A stretch of DNA of 55,990 nt from an uncultured Nakamurella sp. (GTDB lineage: Bacteria > Actinomycetota > Actinomycetes > Mycobacteriales > Nakamurellaceae). Below are positions 47,909-55,990 of the stretch, in pieces; within the stretch, counting starts at the first letter, position 1; each line of letters starts with the position of its first letter. The position numbers and the translations under genes are program-made. Below the pieces are notes generated by a model, which did no database searches, was not told where the DNA came from, and saw nothing but the letters and a program-made list of their open reading frames with translations. The stretch covers positions 1 to 55,990 of the forward strand of contig CAXSEW010000001.1 of NCBI GenBank assembly GCA_964236185.1, read 5' to 3'.

Positions 47909-48922
47909 TCAGACGATGTGGTCAGCATCGCGGGTGGGGAAGCGAGCGTTCGCTCCTGCTGTGATGGCCCGGGTTGCGATGAACACGACGAGCGGCGTGA
48001 CTACAAGCAGGGTCCACTTCGACAAGTCGAGATCACCTCGAGGGCCTGACTGCCCCGTGAGGTTGTTACCCAGGTCGCCGGCCAGTCCGTAGGACAGGTA
48101 CTTCGCGGCCACCATGAATGCCGCCAGACCCGCGCCGATCGGCAATACCGCCCGTCCCACAGCGCTTCTGAGTGCCGCAACTCCGGCGGCGAGCGCGAGC
48201 AGCGCAACTACCAGCGACAGCCAGGAGAGGTAACCGGTCGTTCCGGTTGATAGCTGGAGGTGATTGGAAACTGAGACCGCCAGGCCAGCGCAAACTGCGG
48301 TCACCCCGATCGCCGCGGCCCACCACCGCCTCACCTGGGATCGCCCGCGGACGACCCAGGCCGGTGAGGCCAACGCGATTGCTGCGATCACCTGCACGCC
48401 GAACCAGCCCAACGCGTTGGTCACGGTCTGGAAGTTGTGATCGGCGTACTCGACGACCTGAGCGGCCAGGTATGCGGCCACGCCGAGCGCCGCGGGCCAC
48501 CGCGCCCACGACGGACGCCCGAACAGGCACAGCAGGGCCGTCACGCACCACAGCAGCCATGCTGGGATGTCAGCTCCGAACGGCAAGTTTTCCATCCCGA
48601 ACCCGCCGACCTGCGCGTCGATGTACAGGGCGGTGGCAGCGGGGAAAAGCAGCAGCATAGGCAGCACGACGGCGAGTAGTCCCATCGCGTCCCGCGCCGC
48701 CGCAGGCGCCGGGGACATCATCCGCCACGCCCACGTGCGGACGCTGAACCGCAGCAGCGCAACAGATTCTGCCGGCGATGGGCGACGCTGTCCCGGATCG
48801 GCCCGTTCCATTAGTACGTCCACCAGCTCCCGCCCCCGGGACCGCCGGTAGCTCGGCGGGAACAGCCACAACAACCGGCTGTAGGACCGCTCCAACCGCG
48901 CGTGTGGATCGACGGTGCTCAT
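47909..48922 (-). CDS. Multi-TM membrane protein (PadR partner)
   Basis: LERSYSRLLWLFPPSYRRSRGRELVDVL N-terminus typical of PadR-linked membrane proteins; many TMs. Confidence 0.8.
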   Translation of the reverse strand: MSTVDPHARLERSYSRLLWLFPPSYRRSRGRELVDVLMERADPGQRRPSPAESVALLRFSVRTWAWRMMSPAPAAARDAMGLLAVVLPMLLLFPAATALYIDAQVGGFGMENLPFGADIPAWLLWCVTALLCLFGRPSWARWPAALGVAAYLAAQVVEYADHNFQTVTNALGWFGVQVIAAIALASPAWVVRGRSQVRRWWAAAIGVTAVCAGLAVSVSNHLQLSTGTTGYLSWLSLVVALLALAAGVAALRSAVGRAVLPIGAGLAAFMVAAKYLSYGLAGDLGNNLTGQSGPRGDLDLSKWTLLVVTPLVVFIATRAITAGANARFPTRDADHIV

Positions 48923-49254
48923 GCCAGCAGTCCCTTCCCCGTAGCCAGCCGCGACAGTGCCAGCTCGGCCTGCCGGGCGGAACGCTGTGCTTCCTGGGCC
49001 AGCCGGGACGCGCCGGCACTGGAGAGTCGGTAGTACCGACGCAGCCGCGAATCCACCACTTCTTCGTGGTCGAACTCGATCAGGCCCTCCCCGGCCAACC
49101 GGTCCAACGCCCCGTACAGCGTCCCCACCCGCAGCACCACCGCCCCATCGGACTGGGCCAGCACATCCTTGATGATCCCGTACCCGTGCCGCGGTTCACC
49201 GGCCAGCGCACTCAAGATCAGAAACGACGCCTCGCGCAACCTAACCTCTGCCAT
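48919..49254 (-). CDS. PadR-family transcriptional regulator
   Basis: FLILSAL..EPRHGYGII, GTLYGALDRL, RRYYRLS. Confidence 0.92.
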   Translation of the reverse strand: MAEVRLREASFLILSALAGEPRHGYGIIKDVLAQSDGAVVLRVGTLYGALDRLAGEGLIEFDHEEVVDSRLRRYYRLSSAGASRLAQEAQRSARQAELALSRLATGKGLLA

Positions 49255-49490
49255 CGCAGCACCATATATCGAGTAGCGGAGTATGCCAAGAGGTGGCACT
49301 GCGGCTGCTCGACGAATCGACGACCGGTCAACGGTCGGCAACCGGTCGGCATTACTTGCGCTGCGGTGTTGCCGGCCGGAGACCGGTTGAGGTGTGGAGA
49401 TGCTGTCGTGGAACCACGATGGCGCCGGTCAGTGCTGCGACCTTCCAGGGTGTTGAGGCCCTCTAGCCCGCCGTGGGTTAACGTCCGGCG

Positions 49491-50438
49491 GTGATGCATC
49501 GACAACGGGTGGGCCTGATTGTCATCTGCTCGGCTGTGCTGCTGGTTGCGGTGATTACGGGTTTGCGCCCGGACCGCGTGGCCGGTGTCGCTCAGGCCAC
49601 TGCGGTCGCGGGGCCCCCGGCAGTGGGTGAGTGCGTGGTGGACCCCCTGCCGAAGCCGCAGTTGGGTGTTACTGCTCCAGTCCTGGCTAACTCAGGTGGC
49701 ACCGTCCCGGTGTATCCGGCGCAGCAGATCCAGCCGTGCACCGGAGCCCGCTACGGCGAGATCACCGCTGTCATCGCCGCACCAAAGCCCACCGTGGTCA
49801 CGGGCGACGACACCGACGGCCGATTCTTAGACGACCCCAACGAAGGCAGCTGCTCCGAACCCGCGCAGCGGTATCTGGGTACGACAACGGAGCCGACCCA
49901 AAGTTTTTGGCAGGGCCGGATACTGCAGTTCAGCGTTGCGTTGTCCAGACCCTCGACACGTCAGGAGGCGGCCGGACAGCGGTGGGCGGCGTGCATCGTG
50001 ACCCTGCCGGCTTCCGACCAGGCGTCCGCTCCTCCGCGGTATGGCAGTTCTTTGCGCGATGCAGTGCACACCGGCCGGTACCGCGACCAACTCGGCGACT
50101 GCATATCAAACTTTGACTGGGACGGCGGACTGATCAGCTGCACCCAGCTCCACCTACTCGAAGTGATGGGCTGGGGTGACAGCGGCGATCATCCGGTCAC
50201 CGGCGCGCAGTTGGAGTCGAGCTGCCAGCAGCTGGTCCGCCAACTGACCGCCATGCCCGATCCGACCGCCGGCGGCGCGCTGTCCATCCAGATCGGAGTC
50301 AAGGAAGGGAACCGCATCGCTATCCGCCCCTCGCAGGTGCCGGCCCACTCGGCTGTTTCGTGCGGCGTCACTACCGCCAACCGCGAACTTCGCGGCAGCC
50401 TGCTGGGACTGGGCCGACAGCCCATCCCCTGGGCGTAG
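49491..50438 (+). CDS. Secreted Cys-rich septum-formation-family-like protein
   Basis: Signal/TM, PAVGEC, PCTGARYGEI, AGQRWAAC, SCTQLHLLEV; lies between the 49324 and 50488 sites. Confidence 0.7.
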   Translation: MMHRQRVGLIVICSAVLLVAVITGLRPDRVAGVAQATAVAGPPAVGECVVDPLPKPQLGVTAPVLANSGGTVPVYPAQQIQPCTGARYGEITAVIAAPKPTVVTGDDTDGRFLDDPNEGSCSEPAQRYLGTTTEPTQSFWQGRILQFSVALSRPSTRQEAAGQRWAACIVTLPASDQASAPPRYGSSLRDAVHTGRYRDQLGDCISNFDWDGGLISCTQLHLLEVMGWGDSGDHPVTGAQLESSCQQLVRQLTAMPDPTAGGALSIQIGVKEGNRIAIRPSQVPAHSAVSCGVTTANRELRGSLLGLGRQPIPWA

Positions 50439-50713
50439 GCGTCGCATATCGCTGCCGTGGGTGTCGGTGTCGTCCAGATGCTGCATGCCGAAAGCCGATC
50501 GCCGACCGGTCAGCGTCCGCTGATCCATCGGTGACCGGCTGCTGATCCCAGAACTAGAGTTCTGGACTGCCGAACTCCGGTCGCCCTCGCCACCGGCTCA
50601 GCGACGACCACGAGGCGGGAGGTGGCTTGCGACGGGACTCGACCTTACCTAGCCGCGGCCGGCGAGAAATCTGGAAGGCGACATCGCAGCTGCGCCAGGA
50701 GGCACGTGAACGT

Positions 50714-50947
50714 TCAGCTCTTCCGATGCCTGTACTCGATGGAGACGAGCATCAAGGCGCCTGCAACAACGGCCGCCAATCCGCAGACGACCTGCACGGG
50801 TGGGTGGCTGGCGTTGGAAGCGGTGAACGTCAGTATCACCCCAAGGAAAACGATCATCAGGCACGGCACCAGCCATGGTCGACCGCGAAGGAAAGTCATC
50901 CCACACCAGAGCTGTTGGACGGTCGCATGGTGACAGGCTAGCTGCAC
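50714..50947 (-). CDS. Small two-TM membrane protein
   Basis: Two hydrophobic helices; the start is probably MTFLRGRPW. Confidence 0.5.
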   Translation of the reverse strand: MQLACHHATVQQLWCGMTFLRGRPWLVPCLMIVFLGVILTFTASNASHPPVQVVCGLAAVVAGALMLVSIEYRHRKS

Positions 50948-51258
50948 TTATTGACGCATCGCGAGACGGCCTGAGTTCCAGGCCACTCTGGCACACCTAA
51001 ACTTTCTGCTCTGCGGTGGCGCCCTGTAGACGTCGTCCGCATGCGGGGCTGCCCGTCTCAACTCCGGTTGAATCTGGACCCACTGGTTCCGGAAAACCCG
51101 GGTCAGCCTTCACCCGGAATCGACAGCCCGCGAGAGAAACGGGGTCTTAGCCTGGAGCCGATAGACCAACGACAGCCGGTAACGCCGGGACCCGCCAGGG
51201 TCGCAACTTGCACGCGCGTCCCACAGCACCCGTCCGGTGACGCATCCCGCAGAGGTAC

Positions 51259-53123
51259 GGCGAATTTTAACGGTCGACGCAACAATAATAGCTTGGATTG
51301 TTCGGCGTGAATGTAGTGCACGTTCGCTCGCGGTGTCTATCTTTGCTGCTCAGGCGGTTCTCGACGCCGCGCGGAAACGGGTGGCAGGGGTCTGGTAGTC
51401 GAGGGTCTTTCGTGGTCTGTCGTTGAGTAAGCATGTAATGGCGGTGACGTGCTCGTGGCTGTGTTGGGAAAGGTCGGTGTTCTTTGGGAAGAATTGTCGA
51501 GCAAGGCCGTTGAAGTTCTCGTTTGCGCCCCGCTGCCAGGGGCTGCTGCGCTCGGCGAAGTAGATCTTCAGGCCGGTGGCTGCGGCGAGCTCCTTGTGGC
51601 GGGCCATCTCGGTGCCCTGGTCCCAGGTGAGCGTGCGCGCCAGGTGCGGTGGGAGCTGGGCGAACGCCTGCTGCACCGCGGCGTTCACGGTCAGCGCGGT
51701 GTGATCGCGAGGCAGGTTGACGATGATCCCGTAGTGGGTGACTCGTTCCCGCAGGGTGATCATCGCCGACGTCGAACCGGCCCCGATGATGAGGTCTCCC
51801 TCCCAGTGCCCGGCTTCGATGCGGTCCTGGACCTTCGCCGGCCGGTCGCTGATCATGGTCATGTTTCGGACAGCCCCGTCCTTGCGGGAGCGGGTGTTCG
51901 CGTGTGAGCGGCGCAGCTTGCGGCCAGTGCGGAGCTTGGCGGTATAGCGGCTGTGCAGGCACCGAGTGCCCGGGACGATCAACGCCCGGTAGATCGTCTC
52001 GGCGCAGACGGTGCGGGCCAGCTCGTCGGGATGCTGCGCGCGTAGCCACCCGGCGATCTGCTGGGGCGACCAGTACCTGTTGAGCTTGCGCTGGACGACG
52101 TCGCGTAGCCGGGCGTCGGTGAGCAGCTTGAGCTCGCGGGGTCGCCGGCGTTGCTGCTTGGCTGCCTGCTCTGCCTGGTGGGGCTGGTAGCGGCTCTGTT
52201 CGTCGCTGTGCCGGTGCAGCTCGCGGCTGATCGTGGAGGGGGAACGGCCGAGCTGCGTGGCGATCGCCCGCAAACTCAGCCCGTGCCCGCGCAGGTCCGC
52301 GATCTGCAATCGCTCCAGCAGCGTGAGATACCGGCCGACTCCAATCGGCTGTTCAGCACGCTTAGCGGGGTCGCCGCGGCGCCGGATGTTCCGGCCGGTT
52401 CTGGGGTGCAAGTTCATGATCTTGCAAGCCTCGGTGTTGCTGTGGCCCTGGCCGATCAACTGCCAGTAGCGGGCGTGTCGGGCCTGCCTGGCTGTGCTGC
52501 CGCGCGGCTGCAACAGCTCCTGCGCGTGCCGCGCCGCGCTGACGACGGCGTCGTGATGGGCTGCGCGGGCGGCGCGCTGAGCTCCTGCCAGTGCCCGGTG
52601 TCGTTCGGCCTCCCACCGCTGCGCCCGGTCGGCGTCCAAGCGCAGCCCTCGGGCTGCCAAACGCACCGGCACCCGGTCCTGGCGCAGCTGCACGAACCTG
52701 CGCTGCAGCCAACGGTAGCCGGTGGACCGACCGACCCCGGCCACGCCGGCGGCGGCCAGCAGCGACTCGCCGCGCTCATAGGCGCACCAGAACACCGCCT
52801 CCACCCCCGTCGGACGCCGCAAGTGATGCCGACCCTCGCCCGCGCACCGGGCGTTGTCCCAAGCCGGCATCAACGACGATACGAAGCCGAGGGAATCCTG
52901 CGCCTCGAGCATCGTCGAGCCGGCGGCACGCAATTCGTTGAATGCCTCACGAACCCAGCGCCGAGCCGTTTCCTTACCGACTCCGGCCGCGCGGGCGGAC
53001 TTTGTGAGACTCCGCCCCTGGCTCAAAGAGGAGAGCAGACGAACTCCTGCAGGCGAATCCCTCTGTAAATGCACCGACACCACACCTTAAGTTCGGGTGT
53101 TGCGTCGGTCACTAGAACTCGCG
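51259..53123 (-). mobile_element. IS30-family insertion sequence
   Basis: 26-bp imperfect IRs (GGCGAATTTTAACGGTCGACGCAACA / TGTTGCGTCGGTCACTAGAACTCGCG, 19/26), flanked by GTAC at 51255-58 and 53124-27. Confidence 0.88.
51350..53083 (-). CDS. IS30 transposase with an extended multi-HTH N-terminus
   Basis: LGRSPSTISREL, WSPQQIA, GHWEGDLIIG, TLTWDQGTEM and PWQRGANENFNG. Confidence 0.93.
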   Translation of the reverse strand: MVSVHLQRDSPAGVRLLSSLSQGRSLTKSARAAGVGKETARRWVREAFNELRAAGSTMLEAQDSLGFVSSLMPAWDNARCAGEGRHHLRRPTGVEAVFWCAYERGESLLAAAGVAGVGRSTGYRWLQRRFVQLRQDRVPVRLAARGLRLDADRAQRWEAERHRALAGAQRAARAAHHDAVVSAARHAQELLQPRGSTARQARHARYWQLIGQGHSNTEACKIMNLHPRTGRNIRRRGDPAKRAEQPIGVGRYLTLLERLQIADLRGHGLSLRAIATQLGRSPSTISRELHRHSDEQSRYQPHQAEQAAKQQRRRPRELKLLTDARLRDVVQRKLNRYWSPQQIAGWLRAQHPDELARTVCAETIYRALIVPGTRCLHSRYTAKLRTGRKLRRSHANTRSRKDGAVRNMTMISDRPAKVQDRIEAGHWEGDLIIGAGSTSAMITLRERVTHYGIIVNLPRDHTALTVNAAVQQAFAQLPPHLARTLTWDQGTEMARHKELAAATGLKIYFAERSSPWQRGANENFNGLARQFFPKNTDLSQHSHEHVTAITCLLNDRPRKTLDYQTPATRFRAASRTA

Positions 53124-53267
53124 GTACCACCTACGGGACGACTGCGCTCGACCTTCACGTGGTGCAGGCACTACCCGGTGCCTGGAGCCCATCCCTCGGG
53201 CTGCGCCGGCTTCCGTAGTCCTCAAGAGGACCGGCGCGCTCTTGAGCGACTCTGTCTACGGTCCGAT

Positions 53268-53450
53268 TGTGTCTCATAACTCGTGTCCATAACTGCCTCT
53301 GTGGACCATACGTACACGACTTATGAGACATGGCAAGCAAAGGATCGTTTATGAGACGCTTCACTGCTAAGACCATCGCCGCAGGTCGCGGTTGTAACGT
53401 AACCTGTGTACGCAACTACGTCACGAGCACCCGCGTTTGCGATACATTCA
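53268..53450. other. res-like site 3 upstream of the resolvase pseudogene
   Basis: IR TGTCTCATAACTCGTGT (53270-86) / ACACGACTTATGAGACA (53314-30), 16/17; further TTATGAGAC and TGTAACGTAAC motifs resemble the Tn3/gamma-delta half-site TGTCYNNTA. Confidence 0.65.
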
Positions 53451-53547
53451 AGCGGTCAGGACAGGTTACGGACGGGTCTCGACCCGCGACCAACACCCGG
53501 AAGCAGACGATGACGCCCAGACCGCCGCTGACCGTGAGCGGGTGTTA

Positions 53548-54010
53548 ATCGAAGGCCCACGCCGCCCGCAGTGAGACAACGCCGCCCTGCACGCGGCGAG
53601 GGCCGGCGGCCAATTGGTCATCACCGAGCTCGACTGGCTTGGCTGGTCCCCGGAGCACCTGATCGAGCTGTTCGGACAGCGGCAGCTCGACGGGATCGAC
53701 CTCGTCGTCCTGGACCAGGGCATCGACACCTCCGCAGCCGTTGGCAGATGATCTTCCACACCCTTGGAACGATCGCCGAGTCGAACACGCCCTCATGTCC
53801 GAGCGCACTTGCGACGGCCTAGCCGCCGCCCGGGCCCGCGGCCGCGTCGGCGGCCGCGTCGGCGGGCCAAAGCCAAACTTCGGCCACGACAGGCCGAGCT
53901 GGCCCGGGCCATGTACGACCAGGTCGACGACGACAAGAGCAATTGGACCGTTGCTCGAATCGCCGCCGAATTTGGGGTCACCCGCCCCACCATCTATCGC
54001 TACCTCGAGC
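53548..54010 (+). pseudogene. Resolvase/invertase (serine recombinase with C-terminal HTH), 5'-truncated and frameshifted
   Basis: Across frames: LVITELDWLGWS, LVVLDQGIDTS, MIFHTLGTIAE, EHALMSERTCDGLAAARARGRVGGR, IAAEFGVTRPTIYRYL; no YxRVS motif. Confidence 0.88.
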
Positions 54011-54298
54011 AGGAAGCCTTCGTAGCCCCGGCGGCTGGCAAGCGACGACCGCGGTGGCTACATGTATATGAATGTTTGTCGACTGGACCGACCTTGCACA
54101 CGGCTTTGAGAGCTTCGCGCCCTTTGAGCAGGCACGTCGATGACTGTCTCAGCCCCGCGGCTGCCTGGTGGGGTCCCTGCACCGCCTACGAAGGCACTGC
54201 TCGGCCCGCAAAGGATCACAAGTGGGTAACGACCCTTCCCATCCGGATTACTTAGGCGTTAGCTCACCGCTAAGCGAAGTGACGAACGAAGGAGTTCA

Positions 54299-55516
54299 GT
54301 GGTCACTGTCCGATCGATCGACCGGGGCCGGTTGGTGCCGTCGGCGATCCTGGCGTTGCTGGGGACCCGGGGTCCAACGTCACGCGCGGACCTGGCGCGG
54401 ACGCTGGAGCTGAGCTCGGCGGGGATCACGCAGCTGACGAAGACGTTGATCGCCCGCGGTCTGGTGGAGGAGTTGGACACCTCGCCGTCGCAGGGCGGCC
54501 GTCCCGGCCGGCTGCTGGGGTTGGTGCGGTCGGCGGGTTCGGCGGTGGGGGTGAAGATCACCGCGGATCACGTTGGCGTTACGCAGGTCTCGTTGGACGG
54601 GTCATCCGCCTCCACCCGTCGGCATGGTTTCGACCCGTCCCGGCCGGACGCTCTGGATCATCTCGCGCATCTGTTGAAGGCCGACATCGAGCGGATGGAA
54701 GGCCACCTTTTGGGGGTCGGGGTGGGAGTGCCCGGCTCGGTGGATGCGCAGCACTCCGGTGTGGTGTCCGCGCCGACGTTGGGCTGGTCGGATGCGCAAG
54801 TCGGGCCGATGCTGCGGGCCCGGCTGGGACTGCCGGTGCTGGTGGAAAACGATGTGAACACCCTCGCAGTGGCGGACCGGCTCTACGGCGCCGGACAGCA
54901 ACATTCGACATACCTGGTGGTGACGATCGGTCGGGGCATCGGCTGCGGTGTCGTCGTGGATGGCTCGGTGTATCGGGGGGCGTTCGGCGGGGCGGGGGAG
55001 ATCGGGCACCTGCCGGTGGTGTATTCCGACGGTGCGGAGTGTGGCTGCGGTTCGCTCGGCTGCCTGGAGGCCTACGTCGGCGACGACGCGCTGGTCCGCA
55101 CCGCCGTCGCAGCAGGTGTTCTCGAGCCGGGGCAGGAGATCGGTGACCTGTTGACGGCCGCACGGTCCGGCGTGGCCGGCGCGGCAGAGGTGTACCGGGA
55201 CGCGGCCCGGACGTTCGGCGCCGCACTGTCGGGTGTGGTGCACACCCTGGACCCGGAGGTGGTCATCCTCTCCGGTGAGGGCATCGACGCCTGGCCGTTC
55301 TGGGAGTCCGGGTTCGAGGAGACCTTCCGCCGGCATCTGATGCCGCGGTGGCGCAGCACCCCGTTCCTGGTACAGGCGTGGGATGAAAGCAAATGGCTGC
55401 TGGGCGCCGCCTGCCTGGTCCTGGCCACCCCGTTCGACACCGTCGGGATCGGCGGCGACCAGGGCCGCCTCGTGCGGGACCGACTGCACGACAACGGGTC
55501 CCGGGTGCCGGCATGA
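54299..55516 (+). CDS. ROK-family transcriptional regulator
   Basis: N-terminal HTH SRADLARTLELSSAGIT, GGRP, VLVENDVN, GAGEIGH, CGCGSLGCLEAY. Confidence 0.93.
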   Translation: MVTVRSIDRGRLVPSAILALLGTRGPTSRADLARTLELSSAGITQLTKTLIARGLVEELDTSPSQGGRPGRLLGLVRSAGSAVGVKITADHVGVTQVSLDGSSASTRRHGFDPSRPDALDHLAHLLKADIERMEGHLLGVGVGVPGSVDAQHSGVVSAPTLGWSDAQVGPMLRARLGLPVLVENDVNTLAVADRLYGAGQQHSTYLVVTIGRGIGCGVVVDGSVYRGAFGGAGEIGHLPVVYSDGAECGCGSLGCLEAYVGDDALVRTAVAAGVLEPGQEIGDLLTAARSGVAGAAEVYRDAARTFGAALSGVVHTLDPEVVILSGEGIDAWPFWESGFEETFRRHLMPRWRSTPFLVQAWDESKWLLGAACLVLATPFDTVGIGGDQGRLVRDRLHDNGSRVPA

Positions 55517-55990
55517 CCATGCTCAAGACCCGCAGCAACGCCGCGACGCCGGTGAAGGTCCCGCCGCACCCTTCCCGCCGCCGCCGCACGGGCGGATGGC
55601 GCAACGCCGGCTGGGCGTTGTTCTTCCTGCTGCCCAGCGCTGTCCCGCTGATCATCTTCACCTTCGTGCCGATGGTCGCCTCGTTCTGGGTCAGTCTGCA
55701 CAAGTGGAACCTGATCTCCCCGATGAAATGGGTCGGCTTCGCCAACTACACCAAGCTGCTGAAGGACCCACAGACCACCAAGATCTTCCTGCACACCCTT
55801 GCCTACATCGTCGGCTACCTCCCGCTGGTGTATATCGGCGGCCTGGCCCTAGCCATGGCGCTGAACAAGAAGATGGCCGGCCGGTCGTTCTTCCGGGCGG
55901 CGATCTTCCTACCCGTGGTGACCAGCTGGGTTGTCGTGGCGTTGGTGTGGCAGTGGCTGCTCAACCCCGCCAACGGCCTGGTCAACCACG
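55513..55990 (+). CDS. Carbohydrate ABC transporter permease (runs off the window)
   Basis: ATGA overlap with the ROK gene; GWALFFLLPS, WVGFANY, FFRAAIFLPVV, WQWLLNPANGLVN. Confidence 0.88.
   Translation, partial: MTMLKTRSNAATPVKVPPHPSRRRRTGGWRNAGWALFFLLPSAVPLIIFTFVPMVASFWVSLHKWNLISPMKWVGFANYTKLLKDPQTTKIFLHTLAYIVGYLPLVYIGGLALAMALNKKMAGRSFFRAAIFLPVVTSWVVVALVWQWLLNPANGLVNH

Larger units (their letters stand above)
37418..50538. repeat. Dispersed 22-bp palindromic sites CCGGT-N3-CGATCG-N3-ACCGG between short genes
   Basis: Exact copies at 44717 and 47841; near copies at 41532, 41846, 46019, 46432, 47472, 49324, 50488, 50517, 41011, 39379 and 40185; half-sites at 37418, 39786, 43271 and 45706. 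Confidence 0.8.

Noticed and set aside
39379-50538. CRISPR array interpretation of the palindromic repeats
   Set aside because: Spacing is irregular (tens of bp to kb), the intervening DNA holds whole genes, the repeats are degenerate, and there are no cas genes.
39379-50947. Classical integron
   Set aside because: No tyrosine integrase, no consistent RYYYAAC...GTTRRRY attC structure, and genes are not co-oriented.
1-55990. tRNA/rRNA genes or an att site for the element
   Set aside because: No cloverleaf or rRNA-like sequence was recognised, and no integrase or att direct repeat was seen; the element ends cannot be defined from this window.

Overview
High-GC actinobacterial DNA, almost entirely accessory or mobile; the style of the septum-formation and ECF cargo genes is reminiscent of Nakamurella-like genomes, but that is only a guess. 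Left part (about 0.2-34.7 kb) looks like a segment of a conjugative element or integrated plasmid. It carries a Tad/Flp-like pilus operon ending in a large LysM/BTAD-like protein; cargo genes (signal peptidase I, an ECF sigma/anti-sigma pair, class II glutamine amidotransferase plus gamma-glutamylcyclotransferase); a type III-like R-M system; a 9x HTH protein with an AAA ATPase; a frameshifted LigD; an RHH/ParB-like gene; and phage-like hypotheticals. This part is sprinkled with the 10-mer TTGGACAGAA. Right part (about 35.2-54.0 kb) lies between an IS630 element and a decayed resolvase and also holds an IS30 element. It is a run of short membrane, secreted and hypothetical genes in both orientations, separated by a recurring 22-bp imperfect palindrome CCGGT-N3-CG[AT]CG-N3-ACCGG. 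It also holds two serine-recombinase pseudogenes and three res-like sites. One ~315-bp module occurs twice in inverted orientation, and its homology stops at the central AT of these sites. This suggests a serine-recombinase-driven gene-cassette array (integron-like but not an integron), the best candidate here for an undescribed system. Ordinary chromosomal-type genes (ROK regulator, sugar ABC permease) resume at about 54.3 kb. All calls are from reading the sequence by eye; no searches were run.
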